From: Candidatus Liptonbacteria bacterium
GTDB taxonomy: Bacteria; Patescibacteriota; Minisyncoccia; UBA6257; 2-01-FULL-56-20
Length of the DNA: 59,639 nt
Reading direction: 5' to 3'
NCBI GenBank assembly: GCA_016186635.1
Contig: JACPLI010000021.1
Span: 1-59,639 of the forward strand
In this document: positions 48,888 through 57,780 of the stretch, one piece after another
How positions within the stretch are numbered: position 1 is the stretch's first letter
Layout of the letters: each line of letters begins with the position of its first letter
Notes under the pieces: generated by a model
Told to the model about the DNA's origin: nothing
The model's input: the letters and a program-made list of their open reading frames with translations, nothing else
Databases searched by the model: none
Made by a program: the position numbers and the translations under genes

Positions 48888-50465
48888 CTACTTCTCTGTC
48901 TTTGGAATAAAACCCTCTATCACCTTCCTAATCCGTTCCTCCACCTCCGGCTTTATATCACTCGTTTCCCTGATTGGCTTCAAAATATCCTCCTCATGGA
49001 GCCGCCCCACTGTTTCCATGAACGACGCCTTTGCAGCGCCAACCGCGGCAACTTCGAGGTGGTCGAACGTGCCTTTCAAGGCCGCGTAGAGGAGCACCAC
49101 TTGTTTTTCAAAGGGAAGGGGGGCTTGGTCCTCCTGTTTCAAGACCTCGGTGATGACTTGACCGCGATGGATTTTCGTGCGGGTCGCTTCGTCCACATCC
49201 GAGGCGAACTGCACGAATGCCTGGAGTTCCCTGAACTGCGAGAGCGCGAGTTTGAGTCCGCTCACCGCTTTCTTCATGGCTTTGGTCTGCGCGGCGCTTC
49301 CCACGCGGGAGACGGAAAGCCCCACGTTCACCGCGGGGCGCACCCCTTGGTAGAAAAGGTTTGACTCGAGGTAAATCTGCCCGTCGGTAATGGAGATGAC
49401 GTTCGTGGGGATGTAGGCGGTGATGTCGCCGAGCTGGGTTTCGATGATGGGGAGCGCGGTCAAAGACCCACCTCCTTTTTCTTTTGAGAGCCGCGCGGCG
49501 CGCTCGAGAAGGCGGGAGTGGAGGTAGAACACGTCGCCCGGGTATGCCTCGCGCCCCGGGGGGCGGCGGAGGAGGAGCGAAACCTGCCGATAACCCCACG
49601 CGTGCTTCGAGAGGTCATCGTAGATGACGAGCGCATCCTGCCCGCGGTCGCGGAAGTACTCGCCCACGGCGCATCCGGCGAAGGGCGCAAGGTACCACGA
49701 CGAGGCGGGGGAGGAGCCGGGCGCGGCAACGACGACGGAATATTTCATTGCGCCCGCTTTTTCGAGGAGCGAGACAATGCGCGCGATTTTCGCTTCCTTT
49801 TGCCCGATAGCGACGTAGACGCAAATTACGGGCTTGTCGCTTGTCGCCCGCCCGCCCGCCGAAGCTTTAGCGGAGGAGGGTCGCGTGTCGCTCAACTGGT
49901 TCAAAATCGCATCCAGTGCCACCGCGGTTTTCCCCGTCTGCCGGTCGCCGATGATGAGTTCCCGCTGTCCGCGCCCGATGGGAATCATAGAGTCCACCGC
50001 GAGAAGCCCCGTGTGGAGCGGCGTATCCACCGGCTCCCGTTCGAGGACGCCCGGCGCGCGATTCTCGAGAAGGTAGCGCGAGCGTTCGGCGCCTTGGGGG
50101 AATAGTGGTCCCTTTCCGTCGAGCGGCGCGCCAAGGGGGTCAATCACGCGCCCCACCAAAGCGGGTCCCGCTTCGATGGAGAGCACTTCGCCTGTGCCTT
50201 TCACCGTGTCGCCGGTTTTGACCGCGCCCGCGTCGTCCAAAAGAAGCGCGCCCACCGTTTCTTCCTCAAGGTTTAACGCCACCGCGCGCCGCGGACCTGA
50301 GGCGGTTTCAATCGTGAGGAGTTCCTGGCTCATCGCGGTCCGGAGTCCGGTGAACTTCACGATGCCGTCGCCCACTTCGGTAATCTGCCCGACGGATTCC
50401 CACTCCGGCTTGTCTTTGAAGCCGCCGATTTCCTTTTTGAGTTTTTCTATTATTTCGTGGCTCAT
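48888..50465 (-). CDS. atpA: ATP synthase alpha subunit
   Basis: IIGDRQTGKTAVA Walker A, and ITDGQIYLES. Confidence 0.95.
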   Translation of the reverse strand: MSHEIIEKLKKEIGGFKDKPEWESVGQITEVGDGIVKFTGLRTAMSQELLTIETASGPRRAVALNLEEETVGALLLDDAGAVKTGDTVKGTGEVLSIEAGPALVGRVIDPLGAPLDGKGPLFPQGAERSRYLLENRAPGVLEREPVDTPLHTGLLAVDSMIPIGRGQRELIIGDRQTGKTAVALDAILNQLSDTRPSSAKASAGGRATSDKPVICVYVAIGQKEAKIARIVSLLEKAGAMKYSVVVAAPGSSPASSWYLAPFAGCAVGEYFRDRGQDALVIYDDLSKHAWGYRQVSLLLRRPPGREAYPGDVFYLHSRLLERAARLSKEKGGGSLTALPIIETQLGDITAYIPTNVISITDGQIYLESNLFYQGVRPAVNVGLSVSRVGSAAQTKAMKKAVSGLKLALSQFRELQAFVQFASDVDEATRTKIHRGQVITEVLKQEDQAPLPFEKQVVLLYAALKGTFDHLEVAAVGAAKASFMETVGRLHEEDILKPIRETSDIKPEVEERIRKVIEGFIPKTEK

Positions 50466-50470
50466 AAAAA

Positions 50471-50563
50471 TATAAGCGATGCCAATATACTAATGCGTAC
50501 TAATTATACGAATTGGGTTCTCATTGGTATCATTAGCATGAATTCGTATATTCGCATCGCGTA
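50471..50563. repeat. spacer element R2
   Basis: tataagcgatgccaatatactaatgcgtactaattatacgaatt...cattagcatgaattcgtatattcgcatcgcgtat. Overlaps the last ~10 codons of atpH. Confidence 0.9.
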
Positions 50564-50937
50564 TAGTCGAAAAGTTTATCCATTTTCCGCTTAAGCGACC
50601 CGTCAAACTGCTCTTCTTCGTTCACTACAATTTTCACTCCCCCAATGAGCGAGGGGTCAACCTTTTCCTCAACCGTGTCGTGTGCGCCGATAAGCTTGCG
50701 GAATGCGGTGCGCAGCGATTGTTCAGGGGGTCTCGCGGTGACGAGAGTTACTTTCTTTGCCCCGCTCGCGGCACGGACGAGCTTTTCGGTTGCGGCAAGG
50801 ATTTTCGGCGCATGACGCGCGTCGCCATTTCTCTCGATGAGACGGGCAAAGTTCGCCGCGAATTTCTCGCCGCTTTTAGGGTGTTCAGCGAGCGCGGCGG
50901 CAAAGGCCTTGGCATAGTGAAGAGGAGTGTATTTCAT
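50533..50937 (-). CDS. atpH: ATP synthase delta (OSCP) subunit, short
   Basis: Position between atpF and atpA, and IGGVKIVVNEEEQFDGSLKRKMDKL. Confidence 0.8.
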   Translation of the reverse strand: MKYTPLHYAKAFAAALAEHPKSGEKFAANFARLIERNGDARHAPKILAATEKLVRAASGAKKVTLVTARPPEQSLRTAFRKLIGAHDTVEEKVDPSLIGGVKIVVNEEEQFDGSLKRKMDKLFDYTRCEYTNSC

Positions 50938-50986
50938 GTGTTTAACCTGCGAAATTACGAATTATTACGAACGTACGATGGATGGA

Positions 50987-51514
50987 TTATTTTTTCGTAT
51001 TTTCGTACGACCTCGTACCTTCGTAGATGTGAGTGACTGCTTTCGCAATCAGCGCCTCGTCCACCGCTTTCGGGTTGAGCTCAACCGTTTTTATGAGCGC
51101 TTCTTTCACCAGTGCCGCGGCTTCCCGCCGCGTTTCGCGTCTTGTCTCTTCCCGCTCGGCTTCGGCGAGCCGTTTTGCCTGTGCGAGCGCTTCCGCCTCT
51201 TTCTGTTTCGCCGCCTCAAGGAGCTTGGCTTCGTGCGTCTTTGCGCGTGCTTCCGCTTGGCGAAGCACGGTGAGCGCTTCCGCCTCGGCCTCCTTGAGTT
51301 TTTGGACTTTGAGCGTCTGCGCATCTTTCAAATGCGCGTCCGCCTCCTCTGCCTTTGTGAGCCCCTCTTTGATTCTTTTCTCCCGTTCTTTCATGAGCTG
51401 AAGGAGCGGCTTGTAGAGGAAAAACGAGAGGATGGCAAGAAGCAGTCCGAAATTCACCGCCTGTGAGAGGAGGAGCCGCCAGTCAATGCCTAATTGTTGC
51501 AAAAGCTCTGACAT
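50987..51514 (-). CDS. atpF: ATP synthase b subunit
   Basis: TM segment plus a long charged helix. The last ~15 codons (THIYEGTRSYENTKK) are tacgaa-family repeat sequence. Confidence 0.85.
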   Translation of the reverse strand: MSELLQQLGIDWRLLLSQAVNFGLLLAILSFFLYKPLLQLMKEREKRIKEGLTKAEEADAHLKDAQTLKVQKLKEAEAEALTVLRQAEARAKTHEAKLLEAAKQKEAEALAQAKRLAEAEREETRRETRREAAALVKEALIKTVELNPKAVDEALIAKAVTHIYEGTRSYENTKK

Positions 51515-51629
51515 GGAGTATTCACGAGCAAACCAGTGAACTTACCGCACGAATTTACGAACTATTACGAAAATACGAATTCGTATATTCGGCAGTTATT
51601 CGTGCGTTCGTGCGATAATAAACGGTTGC
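51515..51629. repeat. ~100-nt spacer hairpin, cacgaa/ttcgta family (minus-strand polarity)
   Basis: Read on the minus strand: tcgcacgaacgcacgaata...attcgtattttcgtaatagttcgtaaattcgtgcgg. Confidence 0.8.
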
Positions 51630-52017
<388 letters not shown>

Positions 52018-52758
52018 TTACGAGTGCTGATGTTCCTGCACCGCCATTCCCGTGAAGACCAGCGCAAGCATCGCGAAGATGAACGCCTGAATGAATCCCA
52101 CAAAGACTTCGAGGAAGAAGAACGGCACGGGGACGACATAAGGGAGAAGAAAAGAAACCACGGTGAGGAGCACCTCACCCGCGAAAATGTTCCCGAACAA
52201 CCGGAACGAGAACGAGATTATTCTCGCACATTCCGAGATAAATTCAAGGATGCCGGTGAAGAAGGCGAGGGGGGAACGGAAGTTGAGGAATTTTTTGATG
52301 TGCGAGCCCGCGCCGATGGCGACGACGCCCAAAATGTTTACGGTGATGACGGTAATGAGCGCCAGGGCGAGCGTGAAGTTTAAATCGCTCGACGGTGCGC
52401 GGAAAAGAGGGGACGTTTCCTCTCCGTGGAAAACTATCGAGCCCACGCCGGGGAGAAGCCCGAACCAGTTTGAGAAGAGCACGATGAGGAATAGGGTGGC
52501 GATGAGCGGGAGGTACCGCTCGGATTGGTACCGGGAGCCGAGGATGCCGTCCATGATGGAGAGAATCCCTTCAAGCACCCACTCTGCGAGGTTCTGGAGC
52601 ATGCCGGGGATGAGCGCGAGCTTCCTCCGGAGAAGGAGCGCGCCGCCGCCGAGGAGGAGAAGGATGAGAAAGGAGAGAAGCACGCCGTTCGTCACGGGAA
52701 ATCCCCCGATGTGAAAGAGCTCCTCGGCTTTAATCGAAATATGAATCCCCGTTTCCAT
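52018..52758 (-). CDS. atpB: ATP synthase a subunit
   Basis: FSFRLFGNIFAGE signature with the essential Arg. Confidence 0.9.
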   Translation of the reverse strand: METGIHISIKAEELFHIGGFPVTNGVLLSFLILLLLGGGALLLRRKLALIPGMLQNLAEWVLEGILSIMDGILGSRYQSERYLPLIATLFLIVLFSNWFGLLPGVGSIVFHGEETSPLFRAPSSDLNFTLALALITVITVNILGVVAIGAGSHIKKFLNFRSPLAFFTGILEFISECARIISFSFRLFGNIFAGEVLLTVVSFLLPYVVPVPFFFLEVFVGFIQAFIFAMLALVFTGMAVQEHQHS

Positions 52759-52828
52759 AATTGCGTGAAAGTGCAATTATTATAAGGGTTTATGCGCGGA
52801 TTCACAACATGAGTCTCACCCAATGTGT

Positions 52829-52866
52829 GGAGGTTTAACCTCTATACTGCAGGAGGTTAAACCTCC
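52829..52866 (-). other. 14-bp perfect hairpin 3' of tRNA-Glu
   Basis: ggaggtttaacctc / gaggttaaacctcc with a 10-nt loop. No T-run. Confidence 0.5.
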
Positions 52867-52876
52867 CAAGATTGAG

Positions 52877-52951
52877 TAGCCCCGACGGGATTCGGACCCG
52901 TGTTTCTGCCGTGAAAGGGCAGCGTCCTGGACCGGGCTAGACGACAGGGCC
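52877..52951 (-). tRNA. tRNA-Glu (anticodon UUC)
   Basis: Colinear with the E. coli tRNA-Glu layout: ggccctg acceptor (two G-U pairs), ctgcc-ctTTCac-ggcag. The T loop reads tccgaat. Confidence 0.8.
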
Positions 52952-53144
52952 TGCTGTCGTTCACATTTATACCGTTTTGGCGGGGTTTTCGCAAACGAAC
53001 ACTTGCCTGATTACGGCAAGGGGAGTACGCTTCGCTTCATACGGGTGCGAATGTGTGTATCGGAAGAGCTTTAAGGTTTAAGCGTTAAGCTTTTAGTCGG
53101 CTTATTCCTTAAAGCTAAAAGCTCGAAGCTAAAACCTATCTATC

Positions 53145-53552
53145 ATGTTTCCTCTCTTATCCATCTGGAGCGACTGGGGGATTCTCATCCTCCGCGTGGT
53201 GTTCGGCATGGTGTGTGTGGTGCACGGGTGGCCGAAGATTCGGAATTGGGCGGAAACGGCGCGAAATTTTGAGGCGATGGGGTTCCGTCCGGGGAAACTG
53301 CTTGGACCGCTTGTCGCAATCGTGGAATTTTTCGGGGGCGTAGGGCTTATCATAGGGTTCGGGACGCAACTTATCGCCGCGGCGCTCCTCATCCAATTTG
53401 CAGTTATCGTACTCTGGAAACTGAAGAACAGAGAAAAATTCGCGGGCGGGTGGGAATTTGACATCGTGCTTCTCGCGATTGCGGCGCTTTTCATCGTGCT
53501 CGGCGGCGGCGCGTTTGCGCTTGACCACACGCTCACGTTTGGAGGATTGTAG
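53145..53552 (+). CDS. DoxX-family membrane protein
   Basis: GILILRVVFGMVCVVHGWPKI ... EFFGGVGLIIG. Confidence 0.8.
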   Translation: MFPLLSIWSDWGILILRVVFGMVCVVHGWPKIRNWAETARNFEAMGFRPGKLLGPLVAIVEFFGGVGLIIGFGTQLIAAALLIQFAVIVLWKLKNREKFAGGWEFDIVLLAIAALFIVLGGGAFALDHTLTFGGL

Positions 53553-53554
53553 AA

Positions 53555-53715
53555 GAGTAGGCAGTAAGAAGAGCAGGTAGTAAGTAGAAAGTAGTATGTA
53601 GTAGTAGGAGGAGGGAAGGAAAAAGGATTCCACTCCAAGCGTTCCTTGGATGGTTGGTTTTTTTGTGCGCTTGCCGATTCGACACTACTTACTGCATACT
53701 ACGTACTACTTACTC
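53555..53715. repeat. long imperfect hairpin (gtagtaagtag / ctacttactac family)
   Basis: gcaggtagtaagtagaaagtagtatgtagtagtagg pairs with cactacttactgcatactacgtactacttactcg. Confidence 0.7.
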
Positions 53716-53719
53716 GTTT

Positions 53720-55387
53720 ATGCTTCGTTTCTTCGAAATGCTCCCCGGGCTCCTCGCGTGGGGGACTGTTGCGGGGCTCCTTGCGGGCGCCTACCTTTTC
53801 CCGCGCGCGGTGGGAATTTTCGCGGTACTTTTCGACGTGTACTGGCTTCTCAAATCCGTGTACCTCGCGATTCACATGCGCGCGGCGTTCGCGCGGATGA
53901 GAGAGAATATGAAGACTGACTGGCTCGCGAAGCTCGGGGAGCTTCGCTCCTACAATGACCATGACCATGGCAATGACAAGAAGCAGTCATCGTTATTGTC
54001 ATCGTGGCGAGATATTCGCCACCTCGTCATCTTCCCCATGTACCGCGAGCCGGAGAACTTGGTGCGGGAGAGCTTCCGCTCGCTCGCGCGCACGACGTAC
54101 CCGAAGGAAAACATACTCGTGGTGCTTGCGACGGAAGCGCACGTCGGAGAGGGGACACCGCGCATCGCGCGGCGGATTCAGGATGAATTCGGCAGCTCCT
54201 TCGGCGGATTTCTCGTGACCACGCATCCCGAGCACCTCCCGGGCGAGATTCCCGGGAAGGGCTCGAACATTGCGTGGGCGGCCCAGCGCGCGGAAGAGGA
54301 GCTGCTTCGCGCGCACGATAACCATGACAATAACGATGACGGTCATTGTCATAGTCATGGTCATAGTGAACGTTGCTACTGCAACGTGTTGGTATCCGCC
54401 TTCGACATTGACACCCAAGCCCCGCCCGATTACTTTGCGCGCCTCACGCACGCCTATCTCACTGCGCCGAATCCCCTTCGCGCGATTTACCAGCCCATCC
54501 CGCTCTTTACGAACAACATTTATGAGGCGCCGCTTCTCGCGCGCATCGTGGCGTTCTCGGCAACATTCTGGCAGCTCATGCAGCAGGCGCGCCCCGAGCG
54601 GCTCACTGCGTTCTCCTCGCAGTCCATTCCGCTCCCTGTGCTCCTCGACGTGGGATTCTGGCAGAGGGATGTGGTCTCCGAGGATTCGCGCATTTTCTGG
54701 CAGGCGTACCTCAGGTACGGGGGGGATTTCCGCGTGGAGCCGCTCCACTTTCCGGTCTCGATGGACGCGAACGTGGCGCCCGCGTTCTGGCGGACGATGC
54801 GGAACGTGTATCTCCAGCAGCGCCGGTGGGGGTGGGGTGTGGAGAATGTGCCGTATGTCCTGAATGGTTTTTTCAATCTATCGAAGTTAAACTTCGATAG
54901 GGGAATTGAAGTTAAACTTCCCGAAATTCCGCAGGGAAAAAGATGGTATTGGACGTTCAATATACTTGAGGGGTTTCACTCGTGGGCAACGAACGTGCTT
55001 ATTATCTTCTTTCTGGGATGGCTCCCTACCCTTATCGGCGGCAAAATATTTCAGACAACCCTCTTGTCGTATAGCATTCCGGGCGTCACGCGGGCGCTCA
55101 TGCTTGCGGCAATGCTTGGCGTGGTAACCGCGGCGGCGCTGAGCATCGCGCTTCTCCCGCCCCGTCCGGCATGGTTCCATCGGCGGCATGCGGCGGTGCT
55201 GGCGCTGGAGTGGCTTCTCATGCCCATCACACTCGTAGTCTTCGGCGCCATCCCGGCGTTAGAAGCACAGACGCGGCTGATGCTGGGTGGGCGTTTTCGG
55301 CTCGGATTCTGGCCGACGCCGAAAACTAGAAATAGAGAAAGTAGAAAATACCCGCCTTCCGGTAGGCAGGAAAGTAGAAGAGGATAA
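53720..55387 (+). CDS. family-2 glycosyltransferase (membrane, cellulose-synthase-like)
   Basis: IFPMYREPENLV..SLARTTYPKENILVVLATE, the QRRWGWG-type motif (QQRRWGWG), and C-terminal TM segments. Confidence 0.75.
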   Translation: MLRFFEMLPGLLAWGTVAGLLAGAYLFPRAVGIFAVLFDVYWLLKSVYLAIHMRAAFARMRENMKTDWLAKLGELRSYNDHDHGNDKKQSSLLSSWRDIRHLVIFPMYREPENLVRESFRSLARTTYPKENILVVLATEAHVGEGTPRIARRIQDEFGSSFGGFLVTTHPEHLPGEIPGKGSNIAWAAQRAEEELLRAHDNHDNNDDGHCHSHGHSERCYCNVLVSAFDIDTQAPPDYFARLTHAYLTAPNPLRAIYQPIPLFTNNIYEAPLLARIVAFSATFWQLMQQARPERLTAFSSQSIPLPVLLDVGFWQRDVVSEDSRIFWQAYLRYGGDFRVEPLHFPVSMDANVAPAFWRTMRNVYLQQRRWGWGVENVPYVLNGFFNLSKLNFDRGIEVKLPEIPQGKRWYWTFNILEGFHSWATNVLIIFFLGWLPTLIGGKIFQTTLLSYSIPGVTRALMLAAMLGVVTAAALSIALLPPRPAWFHRRHAAVLALEWLLMPITLVVFGAIPALEAQTRLMLGGRFRLGFWPTPKTRNRESRKYPPSGRQESRRG

Positions 55388-55401
55388 GGTATAATACTAA
55401 G

Positions 55402-56268
55402 GTGAATCCGCGTTCCGTTCTATTTTCTATTTTCTATTTTCTATTTTCTCGCCGCGCCAAGGCGCGCGCGGGCTTCACCATCTTCGAGCTCATCGTCTTC
55501 GCGGGAATCTTGACGCTCATCATAGTCGCGTTCATCACGATTTTGGTCTCCGTCACGCGCGTGCACGTGCGGCAATCCGCGGCGGCGGAGGTGAACCAGC
55601 AGAGCCAGTTTGTGCTTCAGACCATCCAGTACCGCGTCGAGCAGGCGAGCGTGATTGAACTCGACGAGAATGCGGCGACGAGCACCTTGAAGCTCCGCAT
55701 GGCGGCAAGCTCCTCGGACCCGACCTACATTTACCTCTCGGCGAACGTCATTTACCTTAGGGAGACGGACGGCGGCGCGGCACAGCCCCTCACCTCAAAC
55801 AAAGTGACTGTGACGGACCTTACGTTCACGAAGCGCGCGCACCAGCGCGCGCCGGACTCGGTGAGCGTCGGGTTCACCATCCAGTACAACAGCCAGACGG
55901 TGGGAGAGCGGTTCTCGCAGACCATCGCCACCGCAGTCGCGCGCGTGAATGCGGCGACGTTTGATTCGAACCTCGTGCCGTCCACAACCGCGACCTACGA
56001 CGTGGGGGTAACCTCTCAAGTTTGGAAATCGGTGAATAACATCCTCTACTTCAGCGGCTCGAACGTGGGCATCGGTGTTTTGAGTCCCGGGCAGACGCTT
56101 GAGGTGAACGGGGGAGTGCGCTTGAACACCACGGACTCAAAGCCCACCTGCAGCGCGAGCCAGCGGGGCACGCTGTGGGTGGTGCAGAGCGGCGCGGGCG
56201 TGGCGGACACCGTGCAGGCGTGCGTGAAAAGCGCCGCGGACAGCTACGCCTGGCAGAATCTCTATTAG
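55402..56268 (+). CDS. type IV pilin-like protein (prepilin-type N-terminal motif)
   Basis: RAG|FTIFELIVFAGILTLIIVAF. GTG start; the N-terminal leader overlaps (ttctatt)n repeat sequence, so the start is uncertain. Confidence 0.6.
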   Translation: MNPRSVLFSIFYFLFSRRAKARAGFTIFELIVFAGILTLIIVAFITILVSVTRVHVRQSAAAEVNQQSQFVLQTIQYRVEQASVIELDENAATSTLKLRMAASSSDPTYIYLSANVIYLRETDGGAAQPLTSNKVTVTDLTFTKRAHQRAPDSVSVGFTIQYNSQTVGERFSQTIATAVARVNAATFDSNLVPSTTATYDVGVTSQVWKSVNNILYFSGSNVGIGVLSPGQTLEVNGGVRLNTTDSKPTCSASQRGTLWVVQSGAGVADTVQACVKSAADSYAWQNLY

Positions 56269-56323
56269 GTGTGGATAAGTAACTTTTTGCATAGGGGGGC
56301 GGCGCGTTTTATACTTTCATCAT

Positions 56324-56881
56324 ATGAAGCATAAAAATTCTCTCATCATCGCGCTCGTGGGCGTGCTTGTAATCGTGGTGCTTGTGGTCGTCGCGGTGGT
56401 GCTTCGGAAACGCGGCGCGGTGCCGCAGGAGGAAAAGAGTCCGGCTCCGGCGGTGCGCGCGACGACGACGGGGGAAATTGTGACGCGGGCGGCGGTGCCG
56501 GTGAATGTCACGGTGCCGGGTGAAAAAGCGGTGAATGTGCCCGCGAATGTTGCGGTTCCGGTAAGCACGGCGCCGTCGAGCCCCATTTACAACTCCACGC
56601 ACCGCACGTTTGAGTTCAAAGTGGAGGGAGGGAAGTTCGCGCCCGACACGCTCATCGTAAACAAGGGAGACGTGCTTAGGGTAAAAATCACCGCGGTCGA
56701 CCGCGACTACGACTTCACCCAGCCCGACTACGGCATTGCCCTGCCGCTCAAAAAAGGCGCGGCGGTGAGTTCCGAGTTCGGAGTGAGTGCGGAAGGCAAT
56801 TTCCTCTTTTACTGCAAATCGTGCGGCGGTCCCGAGAGCGGCCCCGCCGGCCACCTTATCGTCGTGCCGAAGAAACCATAA
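56324..56881 (+). CDS. membrane-anchored cupredoxin-like protein
   Basis: TM segment, then FEFKVEGGKFAPDTLIVNKGDVLRVKI...FYCKSCGGPESGPAGHLIV. Confidence 0.5.
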   Translation: MKHKNSLIIALVGVLVIVVLVVVAVVLRKRGAVPQEEKSPAPAVRATTTGEIVTRAAVPVNVTVPGEKAVNVPANVAVPVSTAPSSPIYNSTHRTFEFKVEGGKFAPDTLIVNKGDVLRVKITAVDRDYDFTQPDYGIALPLKKGAAVSSEFGVSAEGNFLFYCKSCGGPESGPAGHLIVVPKKP

Positions 56882-57149
56882 TGCGCAGAAAATTATTCTA
56901 ATTGACCTAATTGCTCTAATTGACCTAAAAAATATCCATTAACTCAATGCTCGTGTTGAGCCATTTACTCATTGGGATTTCTTTAAAATAACTAGAGTAA
57001 TTAGAAATTTTTTGTGAATGCCCCGCTCCAGATTTCCTCAATCACAAAACGTCGAACCGAACCGCCCCGCCCGCTCCCTCCCCTCGGACGAGGGGAGGGC
57101 GGGGGAGGGGTGGAATAATCAATCATCATTCACTGATAACCATTCTTCC

Positions 57150-57599
57150 ATGTCCAAGCGTTTCGCCGTCATTGTCATAGTCATAGTCATTGTGCTTGTG
57201 CTTGCAGGCGTGTGGGTCGGCTCGCTTATCGCGGGCGGGAAGCGGGGCGCCTCGGGGTACACCGCGGTGTTTCTCGTGACGGGGGATGTGTATTTCGGGA
57301 AACTTTCGTGGTTCCCGTCGCCAAAGCTCTCGAGCGCCTGGTTTCTCCAGCGCGGCGTGGACCAGCAAAACCAGCCCCAGCTGGGGCTTGCGCCCTTCAC
57401 CTCGGTCTTTTGGGGTCCCGCGGGGGATGTGTACCTGAACCCGAAGCAAATTCTCTTCTGGGCGCCGATTAAGCCCGAGAGCCAGGTGGCGCAGGCAATC
57501 GCGAATCCGCAGTCGGTCCAGCAGGCCGCTCCTCCAGCGGGCGGGCAGAGTCAGCAGGTTTTGCCGCCTCAGCCGCCGAGCGAGGAAAAGAAGAAATAG
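57150..57599 (+). CDS. membrane-anchored hypothetical protein
   Basis: MSKRFAVIVIVIVIVLVLAG TM segment (encoded by a gtcat-family repeat) and a Gln/Pro-rich tail. Confidence 0.55.
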   Translation: MSKRFAVIVIVIVIVLVLAGVWVGSLIAGGKRGASGYTAVFLVTGDVYFGKLSWFPSPKLSSAWFLQRGVDQQNQPQLGLAPFTSVFWGPAGDVYLNPKQILFWAPIKPESQVAQAIANPQSVQQAAPPAGGQSQQVLPPQPPSEEKKK

Positions 57600-57682
57600 T
57601 CGGTGGGTTGGCTTGCATCATTCCCCTGTAATCCCTCCTCGTCATCAAATGAAGGGGGGAGCGAGGGAGGGGTGGGGTGCGT

Positions 57683-57713
57683 GAAGTCCGACTTCCCAAG
57701 GAAGTCGGACTTC
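57683..57713. repeat. gaagtccgacttc double palindrome, intergenic copy
   Basis: gaagtccgacttcccaaggaagtcggacttc. Confidence 0.85.
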
Positions 57714-57780
57714 GGCATATTGAGGGAGGAAGGAGTGCGCGGGTCTTGTCCACAGCATGGGTTTATGCTGGTTTGTTAAA